From NCBI GenBank assembly GCA_963717935.1, contig CAVQXP010000004.1:1152001-1216000 (forward strand): DNA of 64,000 nt, written 5' to 3'. The notes beneath the pieces are model-generated. The model had not been told where the DNA came from, searched no databases, and was given only the letters and a program-made list of their open reading frames with translations. Within the stretch, counting starts at the first letter, position 1; every line of letters starts with the position of its first letter. A program made the translations under genes and the position numbers. Of the stretch, positions 52,375-62,991 are shown in pieces. This stretch comes from Candidatus Eiseniibacteriota bacterium (lineage in GTDB: Bacteria > Eisenbacteria > RBG-16-71-46).

Positions 52375-54134
52375 GCGCGCGGCGCGCGGCGCGCCCGCGG
52401 CGGGGTTTCGACGGCGTGAGCCTGGCGCTCTACCAGGGGCTCTTCGCGGCCTGCGCCGAGGAGATGGGCATCACGCTCATGCGCACCGCGCACTCGCCCA
52501 ACATCAAGGAACGGCTCGACTACTCCTGCGCGGTGTTCGACGCGCGCGGCGCGCTGGTCGCGCAGGCCGCGCACATCCCCGTGCACCTCGGCAGCCTGCC
52601 GCGCGCGGTCGAGGCCGCGCTTGCGCTCGGGCCCTTCCGGCCCGGCGACACCGTGATCCTGAACGACCCCTATGCCGGAGGCACGCACCTGCCCGACGTG
52701 ACGCTGGTGAGCCCCGTCTTCCTCGCGGGCCGCCCCGCCGGCGTGCACGGTCCCGCTCCCGAGTTCTTCGTCGCGAGCCGGGCGCACCACGCCGACATCG
52801 GCGGCGGGGCGCCCGGCTCGATGCCGCTCGCGCGCGAGATCTACGAAGAGGGCCTGCGCATCCCGCCGGTGTTCCTGCAGCGGGGCGGGCGCATCGAGCA
52901 GGGCGTGCTCGACCTGCTGCTCGCCAACGTGCGCACGCCCGGGGAACGCCGCGCCGACCTCGCGGCCCAGCTGGGCGCCCAGGCCACGGGCGCGCGCCGG
53001 CTGGCGGAGTACGCGCGGCGCGGCGCGCCGGCCCGGGCTGCGCGCGGTGACCCCGGGCCTGGGTCGGAGGCCGCGGAGCTGGTGCGTGCGGCGCGCGCGC
53101 TCATGGGCCACGCCGAGCGCGTGGTACGCGCCGAGCTGGCGGGGCTGCCGCGCGGGCGCTGGCGCTTCGAGGACGCGCTCGACGACGACGGGCTGGGTTC
53201 GGGGCCGGTGCGCATCGCCGTGACGCTTTCGCTCGGCGGCGGGAAGGTCCGGCTCGACTTCGGCGGGTCGAGCCCGCAGGTGCCGGGGCCGGTCAACGCG
53301 GTCGAACCCGTGACGCGCGCGGCCTGCGCCTACGCCCTGCGCTGCGTGCTGGGTGGGGATTGGCCGGTGAACGCGGGCGCGTTCCGCCCGCTCGAGGTCG
53401 TCGCCCCCGAGGGCACGATCGTGAACGCCCGCCCGCCCGCCGCGGTCTCGGCCGGGAACGTCGAGACCTCGCAGCGCATCGTGGACGTGGTGCTCGGCGC
53501 CTTCGCCCGGGCGCTCCCCGGACGGATCCCCGCCGCGAGTGCGGGCACCATGAACAACCTGCTGGTGGGTGGACGTGACCCGCGCACGGGCGAGCCTTTC
53601 GCCTACTACGAGACGCTGGGTGGTGGACATGGCGCGGGGCCCGGCTGGGACGGCGCGAGCGCGATGCAGGTCCACATGACCAACACCCGTAACACGCCCA
53701 TCGAATCCCTCGAGCATGCCTACCCGCTGCGCGTGCTCGAGACCCGCGTGCGGCGCGGGGGCCCGGCGCGCAGCACGGGTCGGGGCGGTTCGGGCGCGGG
53801 TCGCGGCGGGAACGGGCGCTTCCGCGGGGGGGACGGGATCGTGCGCAGCCTCGAGCTGCTCGCGGCTGCGCGCGTCACGCTCATCACCGAGCGTCGCGCG
53901 CGCGGGCCCTACGGCCTGGCGGGTGGCGAGCCCGGGGGGCCGGGGGAGAACCGCGTGCGCGTGGGCGCGGGCGCGCGCTCCTCGCGGGCGCTGCCGGCCA
54001 AGGTCCAGGTGGACCTGCCGGCGGGCGCGGTCGTCACGGTCGTCTCGCCGGGGGGCGGGGGATTCGGGACGCCTGCGCGCCGCGCGGGAAGCCCGGCCGG
54101 GCGTGCGCCGGCCCGCATCCGCCGCCGCAGGTAG
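52371..54134 (+). CDS. Hydantoinase B/oxoprolinase subunit B
   Basis: AEEMG, SPNIKER-DYSCA, HIPVHLGS, NDPY-GGTHLPD, HHADIGG, GNVETSQR, HMTNT. Confidence 0.92.
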   Translation: MSARRAARPRRGFDGVSLALYQGLFAACAEEMGITLMRTAHSPNIKERLDYSCAVFDARGALVAQAAHIPVHLGSLPRAVEAALALGPFRPGDTVILNDPYAGGTHLPDVTLVSPVFLAGRPAGVHGPAPEFFVASRAHHADIGGGAPGSMPLAREIYEEGLRIPPVFLQRGGRIEQGVLDLLLANVRTPGERRADLAAQLGAQATGARRLAEYARRGAPARAARGDPGPGSEAAELVRAARALMGHAERVVRAELAGLPRGRWRFEDALDDDGLGSGPVRIAVTLSLGGGKVRLDFGGSSPQVPGPVNAVEPVTRAACAYALRCVLGGDWPVNAGAFRPLEVVAPEGTIVNARPPAAVSAGNVETSQRIVDVVLGAFARALPGRIPAASAGTMNNLLVGGRDPRTGEPFAYYETLGGGHGAGPGWDGASAMQVHMTNTRNTPIESLEHAYPLRVLETRVRRGGPARSTGRGGSGAGRGGNGRFRGGDGIVRSLELLAAARVTLITERRARGPYGLAGGEPGGPGENRVRVGAGARSSRALPAKVQVDLPAGAVVTVVSPGGGGFGTPARRAGSPAGRAPARIRRRR

Positions 54135-54146
54135 CAGAGCGGTCCG

Positions 54147-55604
54147 TCAGACTCCGCCCGCCGCGCGCCACAACTGCGCGACGGTGCGCGCGACGACGCG
54201 GCGCGTGAGCGGCGTGGCATCCGCCGCCGAGACGCGGACCGCGGCCTCGGGCAGCGCGTCGAGGAAGGCGTCGTTCTGCAGGCCCACGAGCACCGTCGGG
54301 CGTGCGCGGCAGAGCGCGCGCAGGCGCTCGAACTCCGAGTCCGCCAGCGGCACGCGGCTCGCGATCGCGACGAACTCGACGCCCGGCGTGCCGCCCGCCG
54401 CCGGCTCGCCGAGCAGCAGTCGCATGGGCAGCCCCGCGTTCGCGAGGCAGCCGCGGAAGCCCGGTCCCTCGAGGCCGCCGGGTGCCTCGATGCGCCACGG
54501 TCGCGTGGCCGCCTCGCGCGGCAGCGCGCCGCGGATCACGAGTCCGCGCGTGGCGATGCGCTCCAGCCGCTCCTCCCAGTCCGCCGGCGTGAGGGCCTCG
54601 AGCGGCTTCGCCAGTTCCTCCACCGTGGGCTCGGGGCAGGCGCGCGCGAAGACCTCGAGCCGCTGCGCGGAGGCCTCGAAGTCGACGGGGTCGAGCCGGC
54701 CGCTCTCGAGCGCCTCGGCAAGCCCGGCCCGCAGGGCCGGGATGGAACCGTCGTCGCGCGCGAAGAGCAGCAGGTCGCAGCCCGCCTCGAGCGCGAGCGT
54801 GGCCGCCCCGAGGGGCGTGCGCCCGTCGGCCGCGCCCTTCATCTCGAGCGCGTCCGTGATGCAGATACCCTGGAAGCCGAGCGTGTCGCGCAGCAGGCCG
54901 CTCACGATCGCGCGCGAGAAGGTCGCGGGCCGCTCCGCGTCCAGCGCCGGGTAGAGCACGTGCGCGGTCATCACCGCCGGGGCGCCGAGCCCGGCGCGGA
55001 AAGGCTCGAGGTCGCGGCGCTCGATCGTCGCGCGGTCCGCGTCGCACACCGGCAGCGCCAGGTGCGAGTCGAGCGCCGTCGAGCCGTGCCCGGGGAAGTG
55101 CTTGAGGCAGCAGGCCACGCTGGCGGCCTGGAAGCCGCGCACCGCTTCGGCGACGCCGCGGGCCGCGTCGTCGCCGATGCCGTAGGCGCGCGGACCGATG
55201 ACCGGGTTCGCCGGAAGCGCGTTCACGTCGGCCACCGGCGCGAAGACCCAGTCCACGCCCAGCGCGCGCAGGCGCTGTCCCGTCCAGCGCGCGGCCCACT
55301 CGAGGTCACCGGGCCCCGCCCCGCGCGCGAGCAGCGCTGCGTTGGGCGGCACCACCAGGTGGCCGCGCAGTTGCGAGACGAAGCCGCCCTCCTCGTCCAT
55401 GGCGATGAAGAGGCGCTGCGGCCGCGCCAGCCCGCGCAGGCGCGCGGTCAGCCGCCGAAGGCCCTCGAGATCGGGGAAATCGCGCCGGAAGAGGATGACC
55501 CCGACGGGCGGGGACGTGGCGAAGTCCCGCTCCCAGCCGGGCGTGAGGCCGCTCTCCGGGAGCCCGATCATCATGCGGCGCGCGATCGTCTGACGAGCGT
55601 CCAT
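54147..55604 (-). CDS. nagZ: GH3 beta-N-acetylhexosaminidase
   Basis: DEEGG-V, FAPVADV, KHFPGHG-T-DSH, VMTAH, ITDALEM. Confidence 0.85.
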   Translation of the reverse strand: MDARQTIARRMMIGLPESGLTPGWERDFATSPPVGVILFRRDFPDLEGLRRLTARLRGLARPQRLFIAMDEEGGFVSQLRGHLVVPPNAALLARGAGPGDLEWAARWTGQRLRALGVDWVFAPVADVNALPANPVIGPRAYGIGDDAARGVAEAVRGFQAASVACCLKHFPGHGSTALDSHLALPVCDADRATIERRDLEPFRAGLGAPAVMTAHVLYPALDAERPATFSRAIVSGLLRDTLGFQGICITDALEMKGAADGRTPLGAATLALEAGCDLLLFARDDGSIPALRAGLAEALESGRLDPVDFEASAQRLEVFARACPEPTVEELAKPLEALTPADWEERLERIATRGLVIRGALPREAATRPWRIEAPGGLEGPGFRGCLANAGLPMRLLLGEPAAGGTPGVEFVAIASRVPLADSEFERLRALCRARPTVLVGLQNDAFLDALPEAAVRVSAADATPLTRRVVARTVAQLWRAAGGV

Positions 55605-56119
55605 GGCGCGGAAGGTGGGGGAGCGGCGCACCGCTGTCAATCGGTCCGGGCGTCCGTGTCCGGGCGTCCGCCCGGGGCCTTGCCGCGTCCGTGCGGTCGC
55701 TGGTTCCCGGACACGGCCCGCGCGGGTACGATCGCGCTCGACATGGCCCATCGCCCCGTCGTGCTCCACGTTGCCTGCCTGCGTCCGCCGGGTGCCCTGC
55801 TCGGCGCCGCACGGGATTCACGACTCCTTGACCGCGACCGGCCCGGGCCGTTTCAGGAAGTGGTGTCCCCGGCCTCAGCCCGGACGCTTCATGAACCGCC
55901 GCCTGCGAGCACGATCTGGAGCACGGCTACTGCGTTGCGCGACCGGGGTGCTCCTCGGCGTGTCTCATGACACGCCTGCGGTGCAGCCCGCTCGCGCGTC
56001 TTGTCGCCGTGCCCCATCTCGCGCTCTCGGCTGGTGTTTCATGAAGGGTCCGGGCTAGACTGATCCCAGGTGTACGGATGGTTCCACCGCCCGAAGACGA
56101 CTCTTGAAAGGCATCCTCG

Positions 56120-57775
56120 ATGGCATTGATGCGTGGCAGACGGACCGGCCCCCTCGTGGCGGCCATGGCGCTGGCGCTCCTGCTGGGCTTCGGCCTCGCG
56201 CGGGGCCTGCAGGCGACCGACGACCTGATGACCCAGTTGCACCTGTTCGGCCAGGTGCTGAACGCGGTCCAGCAGAACTACGTCGAGGAGCCCGACAGCG
56301 AGAAGCTCATCCGCGGTGCCATCGACGGCATGCTGAAGACCCTCGACCCGCACTCGGTCTACGTGCCGGCGCAGCGCGCGGAGCGCATGGACGAGGAGTT
56401 CCGCGGCGAGTACTCGGGCATCGGCATCCAGTTCGAGCTGCGCGACAACGCCATCGTCGTGATCTCGCCGCTCGAGGGCACGCCCGCGTTCCGGCTCGGG
56501 CTGCGCGCGGGCGACCGCATCACCGAGGTGAACGGCAAGCCGCTCGCCCACGGCATCACGAACGAGGACGTCTTCAAGCTGCTGCGCGGGCCCGCGGGCA
56601 GCATGGTCGAGGTCACCATCGTGCGCGAGGGCGAACCCGAGCCGATGCGCTTCTCGATCGAGCGGGCCAAGATCCCGATCGAGAGCATCCCCTACGCCTA
56701 CATGATCCGGCCGGGCGTGGGCTACGTGCGCATCATCCGCTTCTCGGCCACGACCGGCGAGGAGCTCGAGAAGGCGCTCGCGACCCTGCACGCCGGGGGC
56801 ATGAAGTCGCTCGTGATCGACCTGCGCTCGAACTCGGGCGGGCTGCTCAACCAGGCGGTGGAGGTCCTCGATCAGATCGTGCCCAGAGGCAAGCTGCTGG
56901 TCTACACGCGCGGCCGCATCCCCACCGCGAACGCCGACTACCGCAGCGCCGACCGGCCCCGCATCGCCACCGACGAGCCGCTCATCGTGCTCATCGACCA
57001 CGGCAGCGCCTCGGCCTCCGAGATCGTGGCGGGTGCGGTGCAGGACCTGGACCGTGGCCTGGTGGCGGGCACCAACTCGTTCGGCAAGGGGTTGGTCCAG
57101 AACCAGATCTCCCTGGGTCCGGGCGGGAGCCAGGGCAAGCTGCTGCTCACCATCTCCAAGTACTACACGCCGAGCGGGCGGCTCATCCAGCGCGACTACG
57201 CGGGCAAGGACCAGCAGGAGTACCGCGAGGAGGCCTTCGAGGGCGACGTGCCGCCGGACTCGGTGCTGGCCAAGCGGCCGCAGTTCAAGACCGTGGCCGG
57301 CCGGAAGATCTACGGCGGCGGCGGCATCTATCCCGACGTGATCCTCAAGGACGGCCCGTACCTGACCCGCCCGCAGATCGACATGATCCAGAAGCGGGCG
57401 TTCTTCCCGTTCGCGGCGCACTACGTGACCGTCGCGCACAAGGACAGCAACTGGACGGAGGGCTCGTTCGGCCCGGGCTTCACGCTGAGCGACGCCGAGT
57501 GGGCGGACCTGCGCGAATCGATGGCCAGGGGCAAGGTGGTCGTCACGGACTCGGTCTGGCAGGCCGACCGGCCCTTCATCCTGCGCCAGCTGCGCGCGGA
57601 TCTCTCCACCTCGGCGAACCTCGGGCAGGCGGCGCGCTACCGGATCCTGGTCGAGGAGGACACGCAGCTGAACGCCGCGCTCGACCTGTTCCCGCAGGCG
57701 GCGAAGCTCATGAGCCTCTCCCTGGGCGAGCCGGTGAAGGCCGTCAAGCCGGCGCGGACGGGTGTGAAGCGCTAG
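56120..57775 (+). CDS. S41-family carboxyl-terminal processing protease
   Basis: LDPHS, PDZ domain (GIGI...GD-I-VNG), DLR-N-GGLL, SASASEIVAGA-QD, FGKG-VQ, YYTPSGR. Confidence 0.92.
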   Translation: MALMRGRRTGPLVAAMALALLLGFGLARGLQATDDLMTQLHLFGQVLNAVQQNYVEEPDSEKLIRGAIDGMLKTLDPHSVYVPAQRAERMDEEFRGEYSGIGIQFELRDNAIVVISPLEGTPAFRLGLRAGDRITEVNGKPLAHGITNEDVFKLLRGPAGSMVEVTIVREGEPEPMRFSIERAKIPIESIPYAYMIRPGVGYVRIIRFSATTGEELEKALATLHAGGMKSLVIDLRSNSGGLLNQAVEVLDQIVPRGKLLVYTRGRIPTANADYRSADRPRIATDEPLIVLIDHGSASASEIVAGAVQDLDRGLVAGTNSFGKGLVQNQISLGPGGSQGKLLLTISKYYTPSGRLIQRDYAGKDQQEYREEAFEGDVPPDSVLAKRPQFKTVAGRKIYGGGGIYPDVILKDGPYLTRPQIDMIQKRAFFPFAAHYVTVAHKDSNWTEGSFGPGFTLSDAEWADLRESMARGKVVVTDSVWQADRPFILRQLRADLSTSANLGQAARYRILVEEDTQLNAALDLFPQAAKLMSLSLGEPVKAVKPARTGVKR

Positions 57776-57780
57776 CGAGC

Positions 57781-57812
57781 GAAGCCCCGGCCTCCGCGGA
57801 GACCGGGGCTTC
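57781..57812. terminator. Bidirectional terminator-like hairpin between convergent genes
   Basis: gaagccccggcctcc-gc-ggagaccggggcttc. Confidence 0.6.
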
Positions 57813-57845
57813 GTGCCGGCCGCGGGAGCGCCCGCGGCGACGGCA

Positions 57846-58685
57846 TCAGTGCCGGGGGGGCTCCAGTTCGCCCGCGGGCACCGAGCCCCGCAGCCGCCGC
57901 ACCTGGACGCGGTCGCCCTCGCCGATGCCCAGGCGCGTGGCGCAATCGCCGCCGACCTGCGCGAACTCGAGCCGTCCGCTCGAGCCCACCACCGCCACCA
58001 CCGCGCCCAGCGGGTGCTCGCCGTAGGCGCGCGCGAGACCGCGGATGGTGTGATCCAGCACGCGCACCTCGAGCTTCGGCTCGGGCACGTCGGGGAAGGC
58101 GCGCGCCAGGTCCTCGGCGTCGATGTTCGTGAGTGCATTGCCGAAGTGGTCCACGAACATGACGCAGCCCTCGATGGTGTCGTTGCGGGTCTGCGGCACG
58201 GCGTGCGGCAGCCGCACGGGGTCGCGCACCTCGGGGCCCAGGCGGTCCGGCGCCACCCCGCCGGCGAGGTGTGCCGCGACCGGCGCGAAGATGTCGCGGG
58301 CGTGGAAGGTGCGCGAGACCGGGTGGCGGAACCAGCGCGCCCCGGTCAGCGCCCAGGCGCGTGCCGCCGGGTCGCGCACCGCCCACTCGAGGATCCCGTT
58401 GTCGGGCCCGACGAACATCTGCCCGCGCGCCGCCACGGCCAGCGCGCGCCGCGCCGTGCCGACGCCGGGGTCCACGACCGCGAGGTGAACGGTGCCCGGC
58501 GGGAAGTCGAACGCAGCGGCCTCGAGCAGGAAGGCGGCGCGGGCGACGTCCCGCGGAGGCACGTCGTGGGTGAGGTCCACGACGTGGGCCTCGGGGCAGA
58601 CCTGGTAGAGGACGCCGTGCACCACGCCCACGAACCAGTCCTTGCGGCCGAAGTCCGAGGTGAAGGTGATGATGGGGCGTGCCAT
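57846..58685 (-). CDS. SAM hydroxide adenosyltransferase (DUF62 family)
   Basis: TSDFG, DLTHDV, VVDPGVG, GPDNG, TFHARD, DHFGN. Confidence 0.88.
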   Translation of the reverse strand: MARPIITFTSDFGRKDWFVGVVHGVLYQVCPEAHVVDLTHDVPPRDVARAAFLLEAAAFDFPPGTVHLAVVDPGVGTARRALAVAARGQMFVGPDNGILEWAVRDPAARAWALTGARWFRHPVSRTFHARDIFAPVAAHLAGGVAPDRLGPEVRDPVRLPHAVPQTRNDTIEGCVMFVDHFGNALTNIDAEDLARAFPDVPEPKLEVRVLDHTIRGLARAYGEHPLGAVVAVVGSSGRLEFAQVGGDCATRLGIGEGDRVQVRRLRGSVPAGELEPPRH

Positions 58686-58687
58686 GG

Positions 58688-59740
58688 TCAGCGACCTCCC
58701 GGGGGGTGTGATGCGACCAGCATAGCCGACAGCCGCTCCCAGGCTCCATCCACCGTCAGGCGCTCGAGACAGCGCAGGTCGTCGCAGTGGTCGCGGGCGC
58801 ACGGGCTGCACTCGGCGCGCGCGTAGTGGGCGCGGTGACCGGCCTCGGCCGGATAGGGGAAGAGCGCCACCGGCCGCTGCTTCGAATACAGGCCGAGCGT
58901 GCGCGTGCCGACCGCGACCGACGTGTGCACGGGGCCGGTGTCGCCGCACACGAAGGCGGCGCACAGCGATTGCAGGGCCACGAGGCGCGCGAGCGGCCAG
59001 CCGGCGACGACCCGCGCGCGCCCGCCCAGCGGCGCGGCCACGCGGGCCGCCAGCGAGTCCTCGCCCGGCCCGGCCGTCACGAGCGCCACGCCGTCGGGCC
59101 AGGCCTCGAGAAAGCGCTCGGCCAGCGCGGTGAAGCGCTCGGGGGCCCACCGGCGCGTCGGCCAGCGGGCGCCGGGGTGGAAGCCCACCAGCCGGGCGCC
59201 GCCCGGCACGCCCAGCGCCATCAGCGCCGCGCGTGCCGCCGCGCGTGCCTCGTCGCGCAGGTGCAGCCGTGGCGTCGTCTCGGGCGCCGGCCAGCCCAGC
59301 GCAGCGAGCGAGGCCAGGTGGAAGCCCACGGCCGAGAGCGTGCGGGGCTGGACGTGGTGCGTGTAGAGCGCGGAGCGCCAGCCCTTGCCGGGGTAGCCCA
59401 CGCGCACGCGCGCGCCGCAGAGGAAGGTCCAGAGCGCGGTGCGCGGGTTGCAGAAGAAGTCGAGCGCCACCTCGGGCGCGAAGCGGCGCAGGCGCGCGAT
59501 CAACGCGGCGGTCGCGGCGGCGCCGGGCTTCGGGGGCACGGCGATCAACTCGTCCACCCGCGGGTCGCCCTCGAGCAGTGGCGCGGCGGCACGCTCGACC
59601 ACGTAGGCCACGCGCGCCGCCGGACAGGCCGCGCGCACCGCGTCGAGCGCGGGCAGCGTGAGACAGATGTCCCCGAGGAACCGCGGCCGCACGAGCAGCA
59701 CGCGGCGGACCGGGGCGGGGGCGACGGGAGGAGCGGTCAT
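58688..59740 (-). CDS. GT9-family glycosyltransferase (LPS heptosyltransferase-like)
   Basis: R-LGD, HPGA-W-RRW, CGDTGP-H, C-PC...C...C. Confidence 0.85.
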   Translation of the reverse strand: MTAPPVAPAPVRRVLLVRPRFLGDICLTLPALDAVRAACPAARVAYVVERAAAPLLEGDPRVDELIAVPPKPGAAATAALIARLRRFAPEVALDFFCNPRTALWTFLCGARVRVGYPGKGWRSALYTHHVQPRTLSAVGFHLASLAALGWPAPETTPRLHLRDEARAAARAALMALGVPGGARLVGFHPGARWPTRRWAPERFTALAERFLEAWPDGVALVTAGPGEDSLAARVAAPLGGRARVVAGWPLARLVALQSLCAAFVCGDTGPVHTSVAVGTRTLGLYSKQRPVALFPYPAEAGHRAHYARAECSPCARDHCDDLRCLERLTVDGAWERLSAMLVASHPPGGR

Positions 59741-59951
59741 GGCGTGGGGCACGGCACCGGCACTGTAGCCCATCCCGGCGCCACCCTGCACGCGAGCCGC
59801 TGCGGGGCGCGAGTGTCCGGGAGATGTCCAAGGACCCCGCGGCCGGCACCGATGCCCCCGCGGTTGGAGGCCCCGTGCGGCCCGTGCTACCATTTCGGCT
59901 CCTGTCGCAGTTTCCACCGACCCGAGAAGGAGTGGATCCCGTGAAGCGACG

Positions 59952-60584
59952 ATGATGACGATCCTGTTGTGCGCGAGCCTTGCGGCGGTCGCGGTCTCAC
60001 CGGTGCGCGCCCAGGGCGACGCCAGCGTCCGCGTGGTCGCGAAGAACCCGGACGCGGCCGTCCCGGTGGATTCCCTGGCACTGCTCGAGAAGGCGGTCGC
60101 AAGGGACTCGACCCGGTTCGAGGACCTCTACACGCTGGGCGTCATGTACCTGGACCGGGACAAGGTCGGCGAGGCCATCCAGGTGCTCACCCGGGCGCAC
60201 CTGCTGCGGCCGGATGACCACCGCGTCAGCGTCAACCTGGGCGTGGCCCTCGACGCCAGCGGCAGGGCGGTCCCGGCGCAGGCCTACTACCGCGAGGCGC
60301 TCGCGCAGTTCCCGGACGACTCGGTGGCCTCGTGCCGGCTGGCCAGCTCGCTCTACTCCCAGTCCAGGTACGCCGAGGCCACGACGCTGCTGCAGGAGAT
60401 CATCAAGAAGTCCCCGCGAGCCTACTGCGCCTACTTCACGCTCGGCGTGGCCTTCGCGGACGCGGGCATCTACAAGGATGCCGTCCGGATGTGGCGCAAG
60501 GTCGTGGAGATCGCGCCCAGCTCGCCCGAGGCCATCAGCGCCCGCGAGAGCATCGACGTGCTGGAGAAATTCGTCGGCCAGTAG
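59952..60584 (+). CDS. Secreted TPR protein (true start may be GTG 59941 with a 1-nt indel)
   Basis: Signal peptide; several TPR repeats (YTLG...NLG...AYFTLG). Confidence 0.75.
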   Translation: MMTILLCASLAAVAVSPVRAQGDASVRVVAKNPDAAVPVDSLALLEKAVARDSTRFEDLYTLGVMYLDRDKVGEAIQVLTRAHLLRPDDHRVSVNLGVALDASGRAVPAQAYYREALAQFPDDSVASCRLASSLYSQSRYAEATTLLQEIIKKSPRAYCAYFTLGVAFADAGIYKDAVRMWRKVVEIAPSSPEAISARESIDVLEKFVGQ

Positions 60585-60700
60585 GTCCTGGCCCGGGTCG
60601 CGCCGGGGGCCTGCCCGCGGGCGGGCCCCTCGGCATTTGAGCCCGTGCGGCGCCGGCCGCCCGCCTTGCCTGGCCGCTCTTCCGGGGGCACTCTGACGCC

Positions 60701-61852
60701 ATGATCTACTTCGACCACAACGCCTCCACCCCCGTGCGTCCCGAGGTGGTCGAGGCCATGTGCGCGGCGCTCGCCGACGTGTCCGCCAACCCGTCGAGCC
60801 TGCACCGCGAGGGCCAGCGCGCCCGTGCCGCGGTCGAGCGCGCCCGCGAGCAGGTGGCCGCGCTGCTCCATGCCCGCCCCGACGACGTGGTCTTCACGAG
60901 TGGCGGCACCGAGGGCGATCACGCCGGTCTGATCGGCGCCGCCTGGGCCCTCGAGCCGCAGGGCAGGCGCATCGCCTTCCCGGTGATCGAGCACCACGCC
61001 GTGCACGGCGCGGCCGCGGTGCTCGCGAGGTCGGGCTTCGAGGTGACGCACCTGCCGGTGCTCGCGGACGGCTGGGTGCCGCCGGCGGCGGTGGACGCGC
61101 TGCCCGCGGGCACCACGGTCGTCGCCGTGATGCTCGCCAACAACGAGACGGGCGTGCTCCAGCCCGTGGCGGAGATCGCGCGACGCGCCCGCGGACGCGG
61201 CCTGCGCGTCCTGTGCGACGCGGTGCAGGCCGCGGGCAAGATCCCGGTGGACTTCGAGGTCCTGGGCGTGGACTACCTGATCGTCTCGGGGCACAAGCTC
61301 GGCGGACCCAAGGGCGCAGGCGCCCTGATCCTGCGGCCGGGGGCGCCCTTCGAGCCGCTCTTCCGCGGCACCGGCCACGAGCGCGGCCGGCGCGGCGGCA
61401 CCGAGAACGTGCCCGGCATCGTCGGACTGGGACTGGCCGCCGAGCTGGCGGCGCGCGAGCAGCGGACCGGGGCCGTGCGCCTGCTCGCACTGCGCGAGCG
61501 CTTCGAGCGGGGCCTGCTCGCGGCCGTGCCCGACGCCGTGGTGCACGGCGCGCGCGCCCCCCGGTTGCCCAACACCGTGAACGCGTCGTTCCCGGGGGCG
61601 CGCAGTGACCACCTGCTGATGGCGCTGGACGCGCGCGGCATCGAGGTCTCGGCCGGCGCGGCGTGCGCCAGCGGCGCGGTGGAGCCCTCGCCGGTGCTCG
61701 CGGCCATGGGCGTGCCCCGCGAGCTGGCCGTCTGCGCCCTGCGTTTCTCGATGGGGCGCACCACCACGGAAGCGGAGGTGGAGGAGGTCGTCGCCGCGGT
61801 GGGGGAGGCCGTGCGCGCGGTGCGGGCGGTGCCGGGTGGGGGTGGCGCGTGA
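60701..61852 (+). CDS. iscS: Cysteine desulfurase (IscS/NifS family)
   Basis: YFDHNAST, NPSS-H, FTSGGTE, NNETG, DAVQ, SGHK, R-GTEN, SAGAAC. Confidence 0.92.
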   Translation: MIYFDHNASTPVRPEVVEAMCAALADVSANPSSLHREGQRARAAVERAREQVAALLHARPDDVVFTSGGTEGDHAGLIGAAWALEPQGRRIAFPVIEHHAVHGAAAVLARSGFEVTHLPVLADGWVPPAAVDALPAGTTVVAVMLANNETGVLQPVAEIARRARGRGLRVLCDAVQAAGKIPVDFEVLGVDYLIVSGHKLGGPKGAGALILRPGAPFEPLFRGTGHERGRRGGTENVPGIVGLGLAAELAAREQRTGAVRLLALRERFERGLLAAVPDAVVHGARAPRLPNTVNASFPGARSDHLLMALDARGIEVSAGAACASGAVEPSPVLAAMGVPRELAVCALRFSMGRTTTEAEVEEVVAAVGEAVRAVRAVPGGGGA

Positions 61853-62991
61853 GCGAGCGGCTCCGCGTGCTGGTCGCGATGAGCGGCGGCGTGGATTCGG
61901 GCGTGGCCGCCGCGCTCCTCGGCGGGCAGGGGCACGACGTGACCGGCGTGACGCTCAAGCTCTGGTGCCACGGCCAGGCGCCGGCGGCGCCGCGGGCCTG
62001 CTGCACGCTCGAGGCCATCGAGCAGGCGCGCGGGGTCGCGCGACGGCTGGGGTTCCCTCACTTCGTGGTCGAGGCCGGGGAGGTGTTCCGCGCGCGCGTG
62101 GTGCAGCCGTTCCTCGACGACTATGCCGCGGGGCGAACGCCCTACCCGTGCGCGCTGTGCAACCGGCACCTGAAGTTCGGCGACCTGCTCGCGCGCCTGG
62201 AGTCGCTCGGTGCCGACCGGCTGGCGACCGGCCACTACGCGCGACTCGAGCGGCTCGCCGACGGCACGCACGCGTTGCGGAGGGCGGCCGATCCGGCGAA
62301 GGACCAGTCCTATGCGCTGGCGCTCACCCCCCGCGCCGCATTGCCGCGGCTGCTCTTCCCGCTGGGCTCGCTCACCAAGAGCGAGGTGCGCGAGCACGGC
62401 CGGCAGCTCGGGCTCGCGCTCTGGGACCGGCCCGAGAGCCAGGACCTGTGCTTCGTGCCCGACGGTGACTACGCCGGGTTCATCACGCGGACCCTGGGCG
62501 AGACCTGCGGCACCGCGCCCGGGCCGTTCGAGGACCCCGAGGGCCGCAGGCTCGGCACGCACCGCGGCATCATCCACTACACCGTGGGCCAGCGCCGCGG
62601 GCTGGAACTCGCGGCGGCCGAACCGCTCTACGTGCTCGCGGTGGACGCCGGGCGCAACGCCGTGGTGGTGGGCCCGCGCGCCGCGCTGGAGGCGCCGGGG
62701 CTCGTCACCGGGGCCGTCAACTGGCTCACGAGCGCGCCGCCCGCGGACGGCACGCGCGCGGTGGTCCAGATCCGCTACCAGCACCGGGGCGCGGCGGCGA
62801 CGCTCCATCCGCGCGCGGACGGAGCGTGCGAGGCACGATTCGACCAGCCCCAGGCCGCCGTGACGCCCGGGCAGCTGGCCGTGTTCTACGACGGCGACCG
62901 CGTGCTGGGCGGCGCGGCGATCGAGCGCGCGTGGCAGGGCGACGGCTCCGGTCGCGCCCGGTCGCGTCCCCGCGGAAGCCCCGGCCGCCCG
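61849..62991 (+). CDS. mnmA: tRNA-specific 2-thiouridylase MnmA (reads in-frame into the next gene in this assembly)
   Basis: AMSGGVDS, TP-PC-CN-KF, ATGHY, KDQSY, ESQDLCF, YTVGQR-GL, VTPGQ. Confidence 0.93.

Noticed and set aside
57846..58685. Possible fluorinase/chlorinase (halogenase) system
   Set aside because: It has the TFH-RD motif of DUF62 SAM hydroxide adenosyltransferases and sits among housekeeping genes with no secondary-metabolite cluster.
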